DNA of 64,000 nucleotides from Barnesiella sp. (GTDB lineage: Bacteria > Bacteroidota > Bacteroidia > Bacteroidales > Muribaculaceae). Each line of letters opens with the position of its first letter. The stretch's first letter is position 1. Positions 39,101 through 47,959 of this stretch are shown one piece after another. The DNA lies in contig JAAVEW010000020.1 in the NCBI GenBank assembly GCA_014801075.1, positions 94,037 through 158,036 on the forward strand. The letters run 5' to 3'. The notes under the pieces were generated by a model that worked only from the letters and a program-made list of their open reading frames with translations, was not told where the DNA came from and searched no databases. A program made the translations under genes and the position numbers.

Positions 39101-39371
39101 TTTGGCACTGTTAGTATATTGTCGTATATTTGCAGTGCTACAAATCACGATAGTAAGTCTATCCCGCCGGGCTCGGTTAATGCTCGACATGTTCCTCGGG
39201 CTTTTTTTATGCCCTTACTTAACGAAGTTTGCTTCGTTAAGTTTACATACCCAGCCTTACGGCTGCCATTCCGATAATCTTGCACTCGGCAACGGGATTG
39301 CATCGTGATTTGTAGCAACGGAATCGGCAGCCGTTTTTTTGTCTGCCTGCTACAAATCACGATGCAATATG
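39101..39371 (+). ncRNA. c4/CI-like antisense-switch leader, copy 1
   Basis: Promoter 39101-39132. A1 (39136-39151) and A2 (39348-39367) are both complementary to A' (39298-39317). Closing stem ACGGCTGCC/GGCAGCCGT followed by a T-run. ATG at 39369. Confidence 0.65.
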
Positions 39372-39644
39372 CAAACAACAGCTCTTACCGCGCCGGCTAC
39401 ACTGGCGCAAGTTCCAAACCTCCGCGCTATGGCTATGCGTGCCATCAGCGCCGCCTTCTCGTCGAAGGCTTTCATTATCGTCGCCGGCTTAGTGGCCGCG
39501 ATGATGTATTTCCACTTCATTACCATAGTCGACACCATCGCGATGCAGCGTGCCCTCGCCACTGACTGTCTCTGCGCTGCGCCCTGGGCCCTCGCCCGGC
39601 TTATACGCTCAATCAGGAAAGGAGGTAGCTATGCACGGATTTAA
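39369..39644 (+). CDS. Small hydrophobic protein, first gene under leader copy 1
   Basis: MQTTALTAP...; TM-like stretch FIIVAGLVAAMMYFHFI. Confidence 0.6.
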   Translation: MQTTALTAPATLAQVPNLRAMAMRAISAAFSSKAFIIVAGLVAAMMYFHFITIVDTIAMQRALATDCLCAAPWALARLIRSIRKGGSYARI

Positions 39645-39861
39645 GGAAGACCTTCTCAATGTAGTTGCCCGGTGCGTCGTCGAGGACTGGGAGTTATCAG
39701 AAGGAAATGTCGAATATTGTGCCGACAGAGTACGTAAATCCGGCCTCTCAACCGCCGACCTGGCCGACTACCTTTTCGAGCGTAAGCATGTTGCCCCCGT
39801 GTGCGTTATCACCGTATTCGACCACATCGTAAATCCTATCGAGGAAGGAGGTGAGTCATGA
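39631..39861 (+). CDS. Hypothetical phage protein
   Basis: MHGFKEDLL; AAGGAGGT upstream. Confidence 0.6.
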   Translation: MHGFKEDLLNVVARCVVEDWELSEGNVEYCADRVRKSGLSTADLADYLFERKHVAPVCVITVFDHIVNPIEEGGES

Positions 39862-40100
39862 ATGAATATCTTAGAGCCTATTGGGAAGAAAAGACTTCTA
39901 CGTTATGCAAGACTCTCAAAGTAGCGAAGAAGGCTCACAAGTTCCCTTACATCTACCGTGTGTGGTTAAATTCTAAACTCGAAATAATAGGCCAAGAGCC
40001 TGTGTGGTGTTATGGCATATCAGTCTGCACTATCAAACGGGCAGACTCCATTATTGCAGATCGTCTAACCGCTAAATCTCATGAAGGAGGTGAGCAATGA
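39858..40100 (+). CDS. Hypothetical phage protein
   Basis: ATGA overlap with AAGGAGGT upstream. Confidence 0.6.
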   Translation: MNEYLRAYWEEKTSTLCKTLKVAKKAHKFPYIYRVWLNSKLEIIGQEPVWCYGISVCTIKRADSIIADRLTAKSHEGGEQ

Positions 40101-40609
40101 ACCGTGCAACTCCGATTCCCAACGTTGTAATCACCCCTACCGTAGCAGCTGACAGCGAAGAAGGGTGCAAGGTCGTTAACATCGTTATCGATGTGCAGGC
40201 AACCCCGGAAATATCAAACGGCTTCGTCGTGCTCGATGAGCCCGAGGACCTTCACATCCTCCGACGTGCCATCGATAAGTATATTAAATTGCATAACATT
40301 CCTAATACGAATCATATGAATACAGAAGAAGACAAAAAGAGTGCGGCCGCCGACACTGAGAGTGAAAGCCGGCCGAGGTTCCTCGATGTAATCGAGGGTG
40401 TGATTAACGCTGAGTGGAGGCCCACGAGAGGGTTTAATCCTGATGACAGACATCGATTCAGGATTCTGTCGTCACAGGACATCGTTCTACAGCTGGCCGA
40501 CATGGTCGACATGGAGCTTAACGATGTGGCTGAGGCGATGCTATTCCTGGGCTATCGTACCATAGTGTATGATGACAGTGTCGGGTGGCTCCTCGAGCGC
40601 CGCCCGTAG
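40097..40609 (+). CDS. Hypothetical phage protein; C-terminal half is a paralog of 63189-63443
   Basis: ATGA overlap; internal in-frame ATG at 40316. Confidence 0.6.
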   Translation: MNRATPIPNVVITPTVAADSEEGCKVVNIVIDVQATPEISNGFVVLDEPEDLHILRRAIDKYIKLHNIPNTNHMNTEEDKKSAAADTESESRPRFLDVIEGVINAEWRPTRGFNPDDRHRFRILSSQDIVLQLADMVDMELNDVAEAMLFLGYRTIVYDDSVGWLLERRP

Positions 40610-40634
40610 TTGGTATCATTCTTATAAAAGGCAA

Positions 40635-40666
40635 GCGGCACCACGTTTCACAACGTGGTGCCGCTC
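40635..40666. terminator. Hairpin ending the leader-1 operon
   Basis: GCGGCACCACGTT/AACGTGGTGCCGC 13-bp IR. Confidence 0.55.
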
Positions 40667-41522
40667 CGGTTTGAATAATGAATCCAGTAGTCGGTGGTAT
40701 CGCAAACCTATACAATATTTGGATTTGGTTGGTATCTTTATATACGCACACATATACGTTTCTGCCTTACACATGACGATAATGTGCGCCCAATATAACG
40801 CAAAGCTACACATTCTTTATCAGATTAACAAACATTCTGCAATCGAGTTAGTGACACCGTTTTCGGTATCGTTGGCGGCTCCCCCGCGCCCCCTCCATTG
40901 CATGAGAATTGGACGCTTGTGCCTGCGTGCGATGGCCGGATGCACTCTGCCCGGTACGAGCAAACGGGAGGGGAGGAGGGGAGGCCATCGCTGCCTCCCT
41001 CCCGGCTCGATATTACGTATCGGAGGTAAGTTGTTGATATATAGCGTAAAAGTAAAATGCAACAACTCTTAATATATTTTTTTATCTCCTGCGTAATAAA
41101 TAAGAAAAAAAGAGTACATTTGGACAGAATGGCAATTTACAATTGTAAATCAATGGGTTACGCCTGCACGAATTTTGCACTATTGCGCACAAATGTCCCG
41201 ATGTCCAAATCTGACCGTAGAACGTACTGTTTTCGGCCCTTTCGCGCACGAATTGTGTGCGCCCTTAATGTCCTTATACATAGCGTTTTATAGCTATGTG
41301 CACGAATGTCCACTAAAAGTGTACAAAGTTGACCTCCATCGCAGAATTTTTTTATGTCGAGGATTCTTTTTTTTGTATTAATTGAATTGAGAAGTGGTTA
41401 ATCTATTGCAGAATTTTATTATCTTTGCACTATAATCACACATCAAATCGCGGGAGACGGTAACGTGACTTTACCTATACCCGGCCAACCTATAAATCAA
41501 TCATCTCATTCTCCTCTCTCTC

Positions 41523-41993
41523 ATGTCTCAATTTTCCGTTTACATCAATCCGCCCGAATACCTCGGCCAGTGGTTGCGCCATGACTACTGGGATACCGAG
41601 AAAGGCAGAGTTTCTTTTCCGCGCGGTTCTGCTCCGCGTGCCATCCTCAAATCATTGCTGCGTAAAGCTCCGGCTACATATGTAGAATGTGGCCGCGAGG
41701 AAATGATTCCTGTTGAAGTCCCCTCATTCAAGGGGCTCAACCCCGCGTCATTCAACTACCTGTCGCCAACAGGAAAGAAAGCTCTTATCTCCGCTTGCAG
41801 AGATTTGTTTCAGGCAACTCTCGTCGATGAGTTGCATGAGCTCTTTTTCCATGATATTAAAATCACCGATATTATTTATGACTTCATGGACCGGCACGGT
41901 ATCGAACGAACCGAACAGAACTGGGAAGCCATCCGACAGATGTATTATAGAGTGCGCAAAAGGAACAAATCGCCTAAGGTTAAATTATGTTAA
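41523..41993 (+). CDS. Hypothetical phage protein preceding the head genes
   Basis: 156 aa; TATCTTTG at 41420-41427 upstream. Confidence 0.7.
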   Translation: MSQFSVYINPPEYLGQWLRHDYWDTEKGRVSFPRGSAPRAILKSLLRKAPATYVECGREEMIPVEVPSFKGLNPASFNYLSPTGKKALISACRDLFQATLVDELHELFFHDIKITDIIYDFMDRHGIERTEQNWEAIRQMYYRVRKRNKSPKVKLC

Positions 41994-42075
41994 ATGCGCG
42001 TTGACTTCAACGCGCATAATTACCAAGCCGCACAATTAACACAATACGCACAAACGACACAAGCAAAACACTGCC

Positions 42076-42495
42076 ATGACGCACTTATCACTCCCCGGCA
42101 TCAAAAAAATCCAGGTCATTCGTTGCAATCAGCTTCCACCCGGCCTGATGCTGCATTCGATATGCGGTTGTATGGTCGCACTCTCGCTGCCATCTCATTC
42201 TGTGGCTTTCAACGGCAGGCCGTTGCTTACCTGGGAGGGAACAATGGTTAACGGGGGGCGGCAGGAAAAATCCACGTTGGAATTCACTACCGCCGAGCCT
42301 CTGCCTGAGGGCGAGAATCTGGCTTTCGTCGTAACCGGGGCCGGAGGAAAGCAATATCTTATCGGCACCCGTGAGGGACGTTTCCCTATTGTCGCCTACT
42401 CCGAAACTACCGGCTCACCTAACGGCGACGCCGCCGTCCGAACCTATAAAATCACACATATAGCCCGGAAATCCGTGCTCCCATGCGTTTTATAG
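42076..42495 (+). CDS. Hypothetical phage protein
   Basis: 139 aa beta-rich ORF. Confidence 0.65.
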   Translation: MTHLSLPGIKKIQVIRCNQLPPGLMLHSICGCMVALSLPSHSVAFNGRPLLTWEGTMVNGGRQEKSTLEFTTAEPLPEGENLAFVVTGAGGKQYLIGTREGRFPIVAYSETTGSPNGDAAVRTYKITHIARKSVLPCVL

Positions 42496-42529
42496 TCTTT
42501 TAACGCGGCTTCCGTACTACCTATTTTTG
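42495..42529 (+). promoter_or_regulatory. Putative phage late promoter 1
   Basis: GTCTTT-N21-TATTTTTG. Confidence 0.6.
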
Positions 42530-42550
42530 AGGCATATTCAATTCAGAACT

Positions 42551-43576
42551 ATGCCTAAATATTACAATCTCTTTCTCAAAGGCACTGTCGGCTATTGGAA
42601 CTTCAATGCCGACATGGTCTCTGTTGTTCTTGACAAGCACAAGAACTCCAGGGTAGATGTCCTGATTGACTCACTCGGTGGCGATACAGCTACCGCTCTA
42701 TCTATCTCCTCTCTCTTCCGTTTGCATGGCGATGTTCACTGCCACTATGTAGGTATGAACGCGTCGGCTGCTACAATCGCTTCAATGGGAGCTAAGCATA
42801 TCTCCATTGATGCCGATGCCCTTTTCCTCGTTCACAAATGTATGGCGCCCGTATTTGAATGGGACTACATGAACGCTGATGAACTCGACGCTCATATCGA
42901 GGAACTGAAAAAAACGAAGAAAGATAATGAGACCATAGACGGTTGTATTGCCGGAATGTATGCAAAGCGATGCAAGAAGACCAAGGAGGAACTCCTCGAT
43001 CTGATGAAAGAAGGTGCATGGCTTACAGCCGGGCAAGCCCTCGAATGGGGCTTCGTCGATGAAATCACCAACGAAGCCGAGGACCCCGCTCCTGTGCTCA
43101 CTGACTCCGTTGCTTCTGTTATTGCAGATGCAGGCATCCCGATGCCACCGATTGACGTTAAAAAGGGCTCTTTTTTAGAACGCCTGTTCAAGGCGTTTTC
43201 GCCAAGTTTCCAATCCGCAGACGAGGCTAAAAAGCCAGAAGCTGCAAAATCAACTGTTCAAATGCCGAAAAAATTCACAGCTGTTGGTGCCCTTCTGGGT
43301 ACTGCCGTCTCGGTCTCCGATGGTAAGCTCACTATTACCGAACAGCAGGCCGACACTCTGGAGGCCGCTGTCGCAGCTCATGACACCACCGTCAATGACC
43401 TCAATTCTAAAATCGCAGAGAAGGACAGTAAAATTGCCGAACTCAATGCTAAAATCGCTGACCTCGTCAAAGAGCCTGCCGACGACACCAAAACCATAAA
43501 TCAGACTCCCGGTGAGGTGACGCAGGACTCTATCGACATCGATAAGATGTGCGATGCCATTCTCTCCAACTTCTAA
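42551..43576 (+). CDS. ClpP-like head maturation protease / scaffold
   Basis: IDSLGGD, NASAATIA, FLVHKC, AWLTAGQALEWGFVDEI; coiled-coil C-terminus; start set at MPKYY. Confidence 0.88.
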   Translation: MPKYYNLFLKGTVGYWNFNADMVSVVLDKHKNSRVDVLIDSLGGDTATALSISSLFRLHGDVHCHYVGMNASAATIASMGAKHISIDADALFLVHKCMAPVFEWDYMNADELDAHIEELKKTKKDNETIDGCIAGMYAKRCKKTKEELLDLMKEGAWLTAGQALEWGFVDEITNEAEDPAPVLTDSVASVIADAGIPMPPIDVKKGSFLERLFKAFSPSFQSADEAKKPEAAKSTVQMPKKFTAVGALLGTAVSVSDGKLTITEQQADTLEAAVAAHDTTVNDLNSKIAEKDSKIAELNAKIADLVKEPADDTKTINQTPGEVTQDSIDIDKMCDAILSNF

Positions 43577-43597
43577 TCCAATTCAAATCTCTCTCCA

Positions 43598-44572
43598 ATG
43601 GAAATCAAACCTCTCATCACAGATGAAGTGCTGCAGCAATACAAGGACACCTGCATTAAGTGGGATAAAGTATTTCAGCAGCTCCCCATGCGTGCCGCTG
43701 ACGATGTCCTGAAGTATTTTACCAAGGTAACGAAGCTCCGCGGTAAAAAACGCTTAGGCTACATCAACGGCAAATCACAGTATGCTCCCTTCAAGAAGAC
43801 CCGCGATTCAAAATCCGAGGTCAACTTCGACTTCCGCGAGATTGAAACTTTCCACGGTAATGTTATCGACCCCTTCTCGCCCGTGGATTTTATCGATCTT
43901 CCGTTTGTCTACGATGACCCCGTTATAGGTGAAGCCATCAAGAAAGCAGGTATTACCTTCAAGGTCCTTGCCCTGCTTGCCATCGCCCGCGGTGCCGGCA
44001 TCGCCCAGACCGCCTTTACAGGTAAACGAAATGCTGATGGCGACACTACTGAGGATATCTGCGATGGTCTCCTCACTATTGCCGATAAGGAAGTCGAAGA
44101 TGGTAACATCTCAGCCGAGAAAGGTAATTACATCAAGTTTACCGATGCGGTAACCAACGACAATGCTGTGGATATCGCCAAAGAAATCGTGTTTACAAAC
44201 AACCCGTTTCTGCAGCGACAGCATTCTCTCATGTTCTGCTCGCCTGAGTTCAAGAATAAATATAACGAGGCCTACCTGCTCACTCATCATTCTGTTAACT
44301 ACAATAAGCAGTATAATCAGCCCTTTGTGGAGGGTTCGGATGACCGCCTTACTCTTGTTTCTCTCCCCGAGCTTGCCGGCCAGAACCGCGCTATTATCAC
44401 TAATAAGGCCAACCTCCTCTGCGGTGTCTACAACGATACCGATTTCACGTCGGTTGATATCATCCGTGAAGGTCACTATGACCTCTCGATGGCTTCCGAT
44501 ATCTGGCTCGGATTCCAGTTCCACACCATTGATCCTCGCGTATTCCGTTACGTCGAATTTGCCGGGGAATAA
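43598..44572 (+). CDS. Putative major capsid protein
   Basis: 324 aa directly after the Clp protease, with high-expression codon bias. Function is inferred from position. Confidence 0.65.
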   Translation: MEIKPLITDEVLQQYKDTCIKWDKVFQQLPMRAADDVLKYFTKVTKLRGKKRLGYINGKSQYAPFKKTRDSKSEVNFDFREIETFHGNVIDPFSPVDFIDLPFVYDDPVIGEAIKKAGITFKVLALLAIARGAGIAQTAFTGKRNADGDTTEDICDGLLTIADKEVEDGNISAEKGNYIKFTDAVTNDNAVDIAKEIVFTNNPFLQRQHSLMFCSPEFKNKYNEAYLLTHHSVNYNKQYNQPFVEGSDDRLTLVSLPELAGQNRAIITNKANLLCGVYNDTDFTSVDIIREGHYDLSMASDIWLGFQFHTIDPRVFRYVEFAGE

Positions 44573-44589
44573 CCATTAAAATTTGAATT

Positions 44590-45171
44590 ATGCCTGATAC
44601 CAATGTAAATAAATGCTTTTCTACCCTGCACGATATGAAATATTGCCAGGGTACTCCCGTCACTCCCGGTATCAAACGCCGTGCGTGGTACACGTCCGTC
44701 GACTCCATCCTGAAGTGGCCCGTTATCCCCGTCGATGAGCTCGGCCGTCCCACCTCGGCTATCTATGAGGGCAATTTCGTCCTTGCCGAGGGTATTAAAT
44801 GGCGACCCCTCGACCATCTTCCCGGTAAAGCCGAGTTTAAGTCCGAAACGCAAGGTGACGAACCCTCGCGCACCTTTAAAGTGACCGGCTCATTCCTTCA
44901 CCCGAAAATTGATGAAGATGCCGCTACAGCTTCGACCGCCTTGCTCAACACGCGCATCGTTGTTCTTGTCGAGGACATGAAAGGTCGATACCGTGTGATT
45001 GGCTGCGAGCAGTATGACGGCGCACTCGTGTCGCCATCCCGCGATAACGGCCAGGGTGCCACCGGTTCGGCGGGCACCACCATCCTTGTCGAGGCTGATG
45101 ACCCCGTGGAAACTCCCTTCTATACGGGACCCATCGACACCGTGGACGGTATCATCAATGAAGCTGCCTGA
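44590..45171 (+). CDS. Putative virion protein (tail-tube-like)
   Basis: 193 aa after the capsid; beta-rich. Confidence 0.5.
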   Translation: MPDTNVNKCFSTLHDMKYCQGTPVTPGIKRRAWYTSVDSILKWPVIPVDELGRPTSAIYEGNFVLAEGIKWRPLDHLPGKAEFKSETQGDEPSRTFKVTGSFLHPKIDEDAATASTALLNTRIVVLVEDMKGRYRVIGCEQYDGALVSPSRDNGQGATGSAGTTILVEADDPVETPFYTGPIDTVDGIINEAA

Positions 45172-45820
45172 TACTGCCGGGGATAATGCCGGAAGCCTGT
45201 TGGCCGACGTCACCTCTATTCTTTCCGATTTTGAGGTGACGGACGGCTCGCCGGCTCTCGATAATCTTCCCTCCGAAGGAAAGGACCTCTTCGCCGGATC
45301 GAACCGCAAGGCATGGGATAAATCCACAGAGGCCCGTTGTAATTTTGACTATCGGCCAAGGTTAGTTCCGCGTGCCGGCCTTTGGTTCCTTTCGCTGTGG
45401 CAAAAGTCTATCATGGGCAGAACTCTCTCCGAGATTAAGTCCGACCCGGCTGAAATTCCGCATTTCGCTGATGCCGTGTCGGACTTTCTTGTTCAATACC
45501 TCGGGCCTTCCATATCTTCGGGCCATTGGTGCATCTGCACCTCACCTAAACGGCGCCATAAAGAACGGAATTTCGCATCGCTTATTTGCGAGCTTATTCA
45601 CGAACGATTGCAGATTCCTTTTTATGAGGATGTTGCTTTTTGCTCTTCTCGCCAGCGTATAGGTGCGGTGTTCACTCTCAACCTACTGCCGGAAGAACCT
45701 AATATCATAGTTTTCGATGACTTCGTCACCACCGGTTCCACACTCAAAGGGATGCATGAACTCTTACTTAAATATGGCAAAAACACCCTGTTTGTCGCCG
45801 GTATAAATAATAAGTTATGA
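45158..45820 (+). CDS. Phosphoribosyltransferase-domain (ComF-like) protein
   Basis: PRPP-binding loop IIVFDDFVTTGSTL; start set at 45158. Confidence 0.75.
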   Translation: MKLPDTAGDNAGSLLADVTSILSDFEVTDGSPALDNLPSEGKDLFAGSNRKAWDKSTEARCNFDYRPRLVPRAGLWFLSLWQKSIMGRTLSEIKSDPAEIPHFADAVSDFLVQYLGPSISSGHWCICTSPKRRHKERNFASLICELIHERLQIPFYEDVAFCSSRQRIGAVFTLNLLPEEPNIIVFDDFVTTGSTLKGMHELLLKYGKNTLFVAGINNKL

Positions 45821-46557
45821 TTGACTTAGAACTCACCCCAATTATAAAAAAATGGCTTGATACAGAGCCTTCCCAACGCGACCTTCAGCAAGGCGCCGAC
45901 CTGCTGCTGCGTGTTACAAAAAATAAAATCCTCTATGCCAATGTCACCCGTAATATAGAGCAACGAGCTTCCTCGATTGAATATCACTTGAAGAAGATTT
46001 ATTCAAGCCGCCTTAACGATATAACACATGCCGAAGTTAAGGCTATGATGGTGACTGTCGATTCCATAGCCAAGGCTCGTGGCCTCGGTAATCCGGAAGG
46101 ATCGTCTAAAAAAACAGAACTGCAGCGCGGTAAACGCGCCGACCATGACGAGCTTCCCGACGAAATCAAGCAGCTCTATGTCGATAACGCCGACGTGCTG
46201 CGTAAAATGCGTGAGTGTCATGTAAGGCTGAGAATGATTTCTTCGGAAAATTCTACATGCCCCGATTCCGACCGTTACCCCTGGGCGAAAGAACTCATCG
46301 CCCTTGATACTCTTTACCGGGAGAACTGGAATAGATACGACCATTACGTGAAAGGAACTGCTCCCGCCTCGGTTAAGCTTGTTACTGACGCTCGCTCCGA
46401 GTCGCGCAACGCTTCAAGGGTCATTCATCTGCTCCTCGGCAAGTATGCCGCCAATCCCGACGAAGCTCTGGCGGCCCGCATTCGTGACACTTATGCTAAA
46501 ATTTCATCTCCTACCGTGGCAATACGGAAGAAGATGTCAGAAGCCGGGTTGTTATGA
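45817..46557 (+). CDS. Hypothetical phage protein
   Basis: 246 aa; ATGA overlap. Confidence 0.7.
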   Translation: MIDLELTPIIKKWLDTEPSQRDLQQGADLLLRVTKNKILYANVTRNIEQRASSIEYHLKKIYSSRLNDITHAEVKAMMVTVDSIAKARGLGNPEGSSKKTELQRGKRADHDELPDEIKQLYVDNADVLRKMRECHVRLRMISSENSTCPDSDRYPWAKELIALDTLYRENWNRYDHYVKGTAPASVKLVTDARSESRNASRVIHLLLGKYAANPDEALAARIRDTYAKISSPTVAIRKKMSEAGLL

Positions 46558-47075
46558 TGAATCGCTGCACTGCCGTTGATGACACACTCTCTCCTCTTTG
46601 CGAGAAAGAGTCGCAGGCTTATCTAAGTAATGCCCTCCAGGTTGCCGATATTCTCAAATGGGTTCTCCTGCAGACCGGGCCGGCAAGTGTCATGATGTCC
46701 TCCTTCTCTATCTCGGAAGAGTTCCTCCGACGGATATTCTTCATCAGGAAGGAGGGCCTCGTCAGATCTCTTGATATTCTGCTCGATTTCAAAGCTACTA
46801 ATAAAACCCTCAAATTATGGCCTTTCATTGCTCAGACGGTGGAGAACTGTTACCTGTCGGACAATCACTCGAAGATACTGCTCGTGGAAAACGACTCGCA
46901 TAAGGTGAGCGTGGTTATGTCGCAGAACCTCACAAGAGGCAATCGGTACGAGTCAGGTTTCATTTCAACCGACGCCGATGTCTTTAATCGTCTCCATCAG
47001 CAACTCAATTACGTTATAACCCGTCAATCCGTGCCTTTCCATGATATATTCAGACGAACAGTTGACAACAATTAA
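46554..47075 (+). CDS. Phospholipase D-like (HKD) nuclease-domain protein
   Basis: NHSKILL...SQNLT = HxK...SxN single PLD motif. Confidence 0.7.
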   Translation: MMNRCTAVDDTLSPLCEKESQAYLSNALQVADILKWVLLQTGPASVMMSSFSISEEFLRRIFFIRKEGLVRSLDILLDFKATNKTLKLWPFIAQTVENCYLSDNHSKILLVENDSHKVSVVMSQNLTRGNRYESGFISTDADVFNRLHQQLNYVITRQSVPFHDIFRRTVDNN

Positions 47076-47316
47076 TCAGTTGGCAGCTCTTTATATCACA
47101 CCAACTGAAATCGCTGTCACCATCGATATTCCCGAAGAGGAATTCAAGAGTGATATTGCGATGGCCGACTCTCCGGCCAGGAAAGCATACCTCAAAGGAA
47201 AGCTTTCTCAAAAAATTCAAACTCGCAAGCAGATGGCTATGCTTGCCCGTGTCGGCTCTCCCGCAGCTCTGGAGATGTCAGAGCGGGCTCTGCTCGATAT
47301 GGAAGATGACGAATAA
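47041..47316 (+). CDS. Small hypothetical protein (possible terminase-small-like HTH)
   Basis: 91 aa upstream of the terminase. Confidence 0.55.
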   Translation: MIYSDEQLTTINQLAALYITPTEIAVTIDIPEEEFKSDIAMADSPARKAYLKGKLSQKIQTRKQMAMLARVGSPAALEMSERALLDMEDDE

Positions 47317-47326
47317 TCACTGACTC

Positions 47327-47959
47327 ATGCCGAAACTCCTCTCTCCCCTTGAAGCATGTAAGGTTGACCTCTTTGCATCGGAGGCCGAACTGCACGAGAA
47401 ATATCCTGTCGCTCTCGCTGAGCGCGTCATGCGTATTCGTGAGATGTACAATTATTGGCTCGCCAATCCATCCATGAAGGACCGTCAGTTGCGTGATGCC
47501 ATAATGTCTCGTTATGGCGTATCGCAGTCAACGGCCTACTCCGACATTAGCGTAATTCATCAGCTCGTGCCTCTGCTCTCTCAGAAATCTCGTGATTTCC
47601 ACAGAGCCAGAGCCAATGAGATGCTCTTGGAAACATACGCAATGGCTAAGGCCCGGAAGGACACTAAGTCGATGGAACGCGCGGCGGCCTCTTATGCCAA
47701 ATACAACCGTGTCGATCTGGAGGACGAGATGACAATGCCATACGACGAAATAGTAATTCAGCCGTTCTGTGCTACTCTTGATGTCCGTGTGCTTGGCCTC
47801 GAACCTATCCCCGACGCATACAACTATATCGCTCAACTTACTAAAGAGTTGTCGCGCGATTTCCGTGACATCGAGGACGTGGAGTTTGAAGATGCTGACC
47901 TTGAAGAACAACTACTTTTTGCACCTCTCTCCGATGGAAATGATAAATCCGAAAGCTAA
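47327..47959 (+). CDS. Hypothetical protein, candidate small terminase
   Basis: HTH-like RYGVSQSTAYSDI; overlaps the terminase start. Confidence 0.55.
   Translation: MPKLLSPLEACKVDLFASEAELHEKYPVALAERVMRIREMYNYWLANPSMKDRQLRDAIMSRYGVSQSTAYSDISVIHQLVPLLSQKSRDFHRARANEMLLETYAMAKARKDTKSMERAAASYAKYNRVDLEDEMTMPYDEIVIQPFCATLDVRVLGLEPIPDAYNYIAQLTKELSRDFRDIEDVEFEDADLEEQLLFAPLSDGNDKSES

Noticed and set aside
39102-39565. ORFs overlapping the RNA-switch leaders (39102-39308, 39305-39565; also 52097-52345, 62907-63188, 62957-63214)
   Set aside because: They run through promoter and stem elements and their frames are not conserved among the three copies. A short icd-like peptide cannot be fully excluded.
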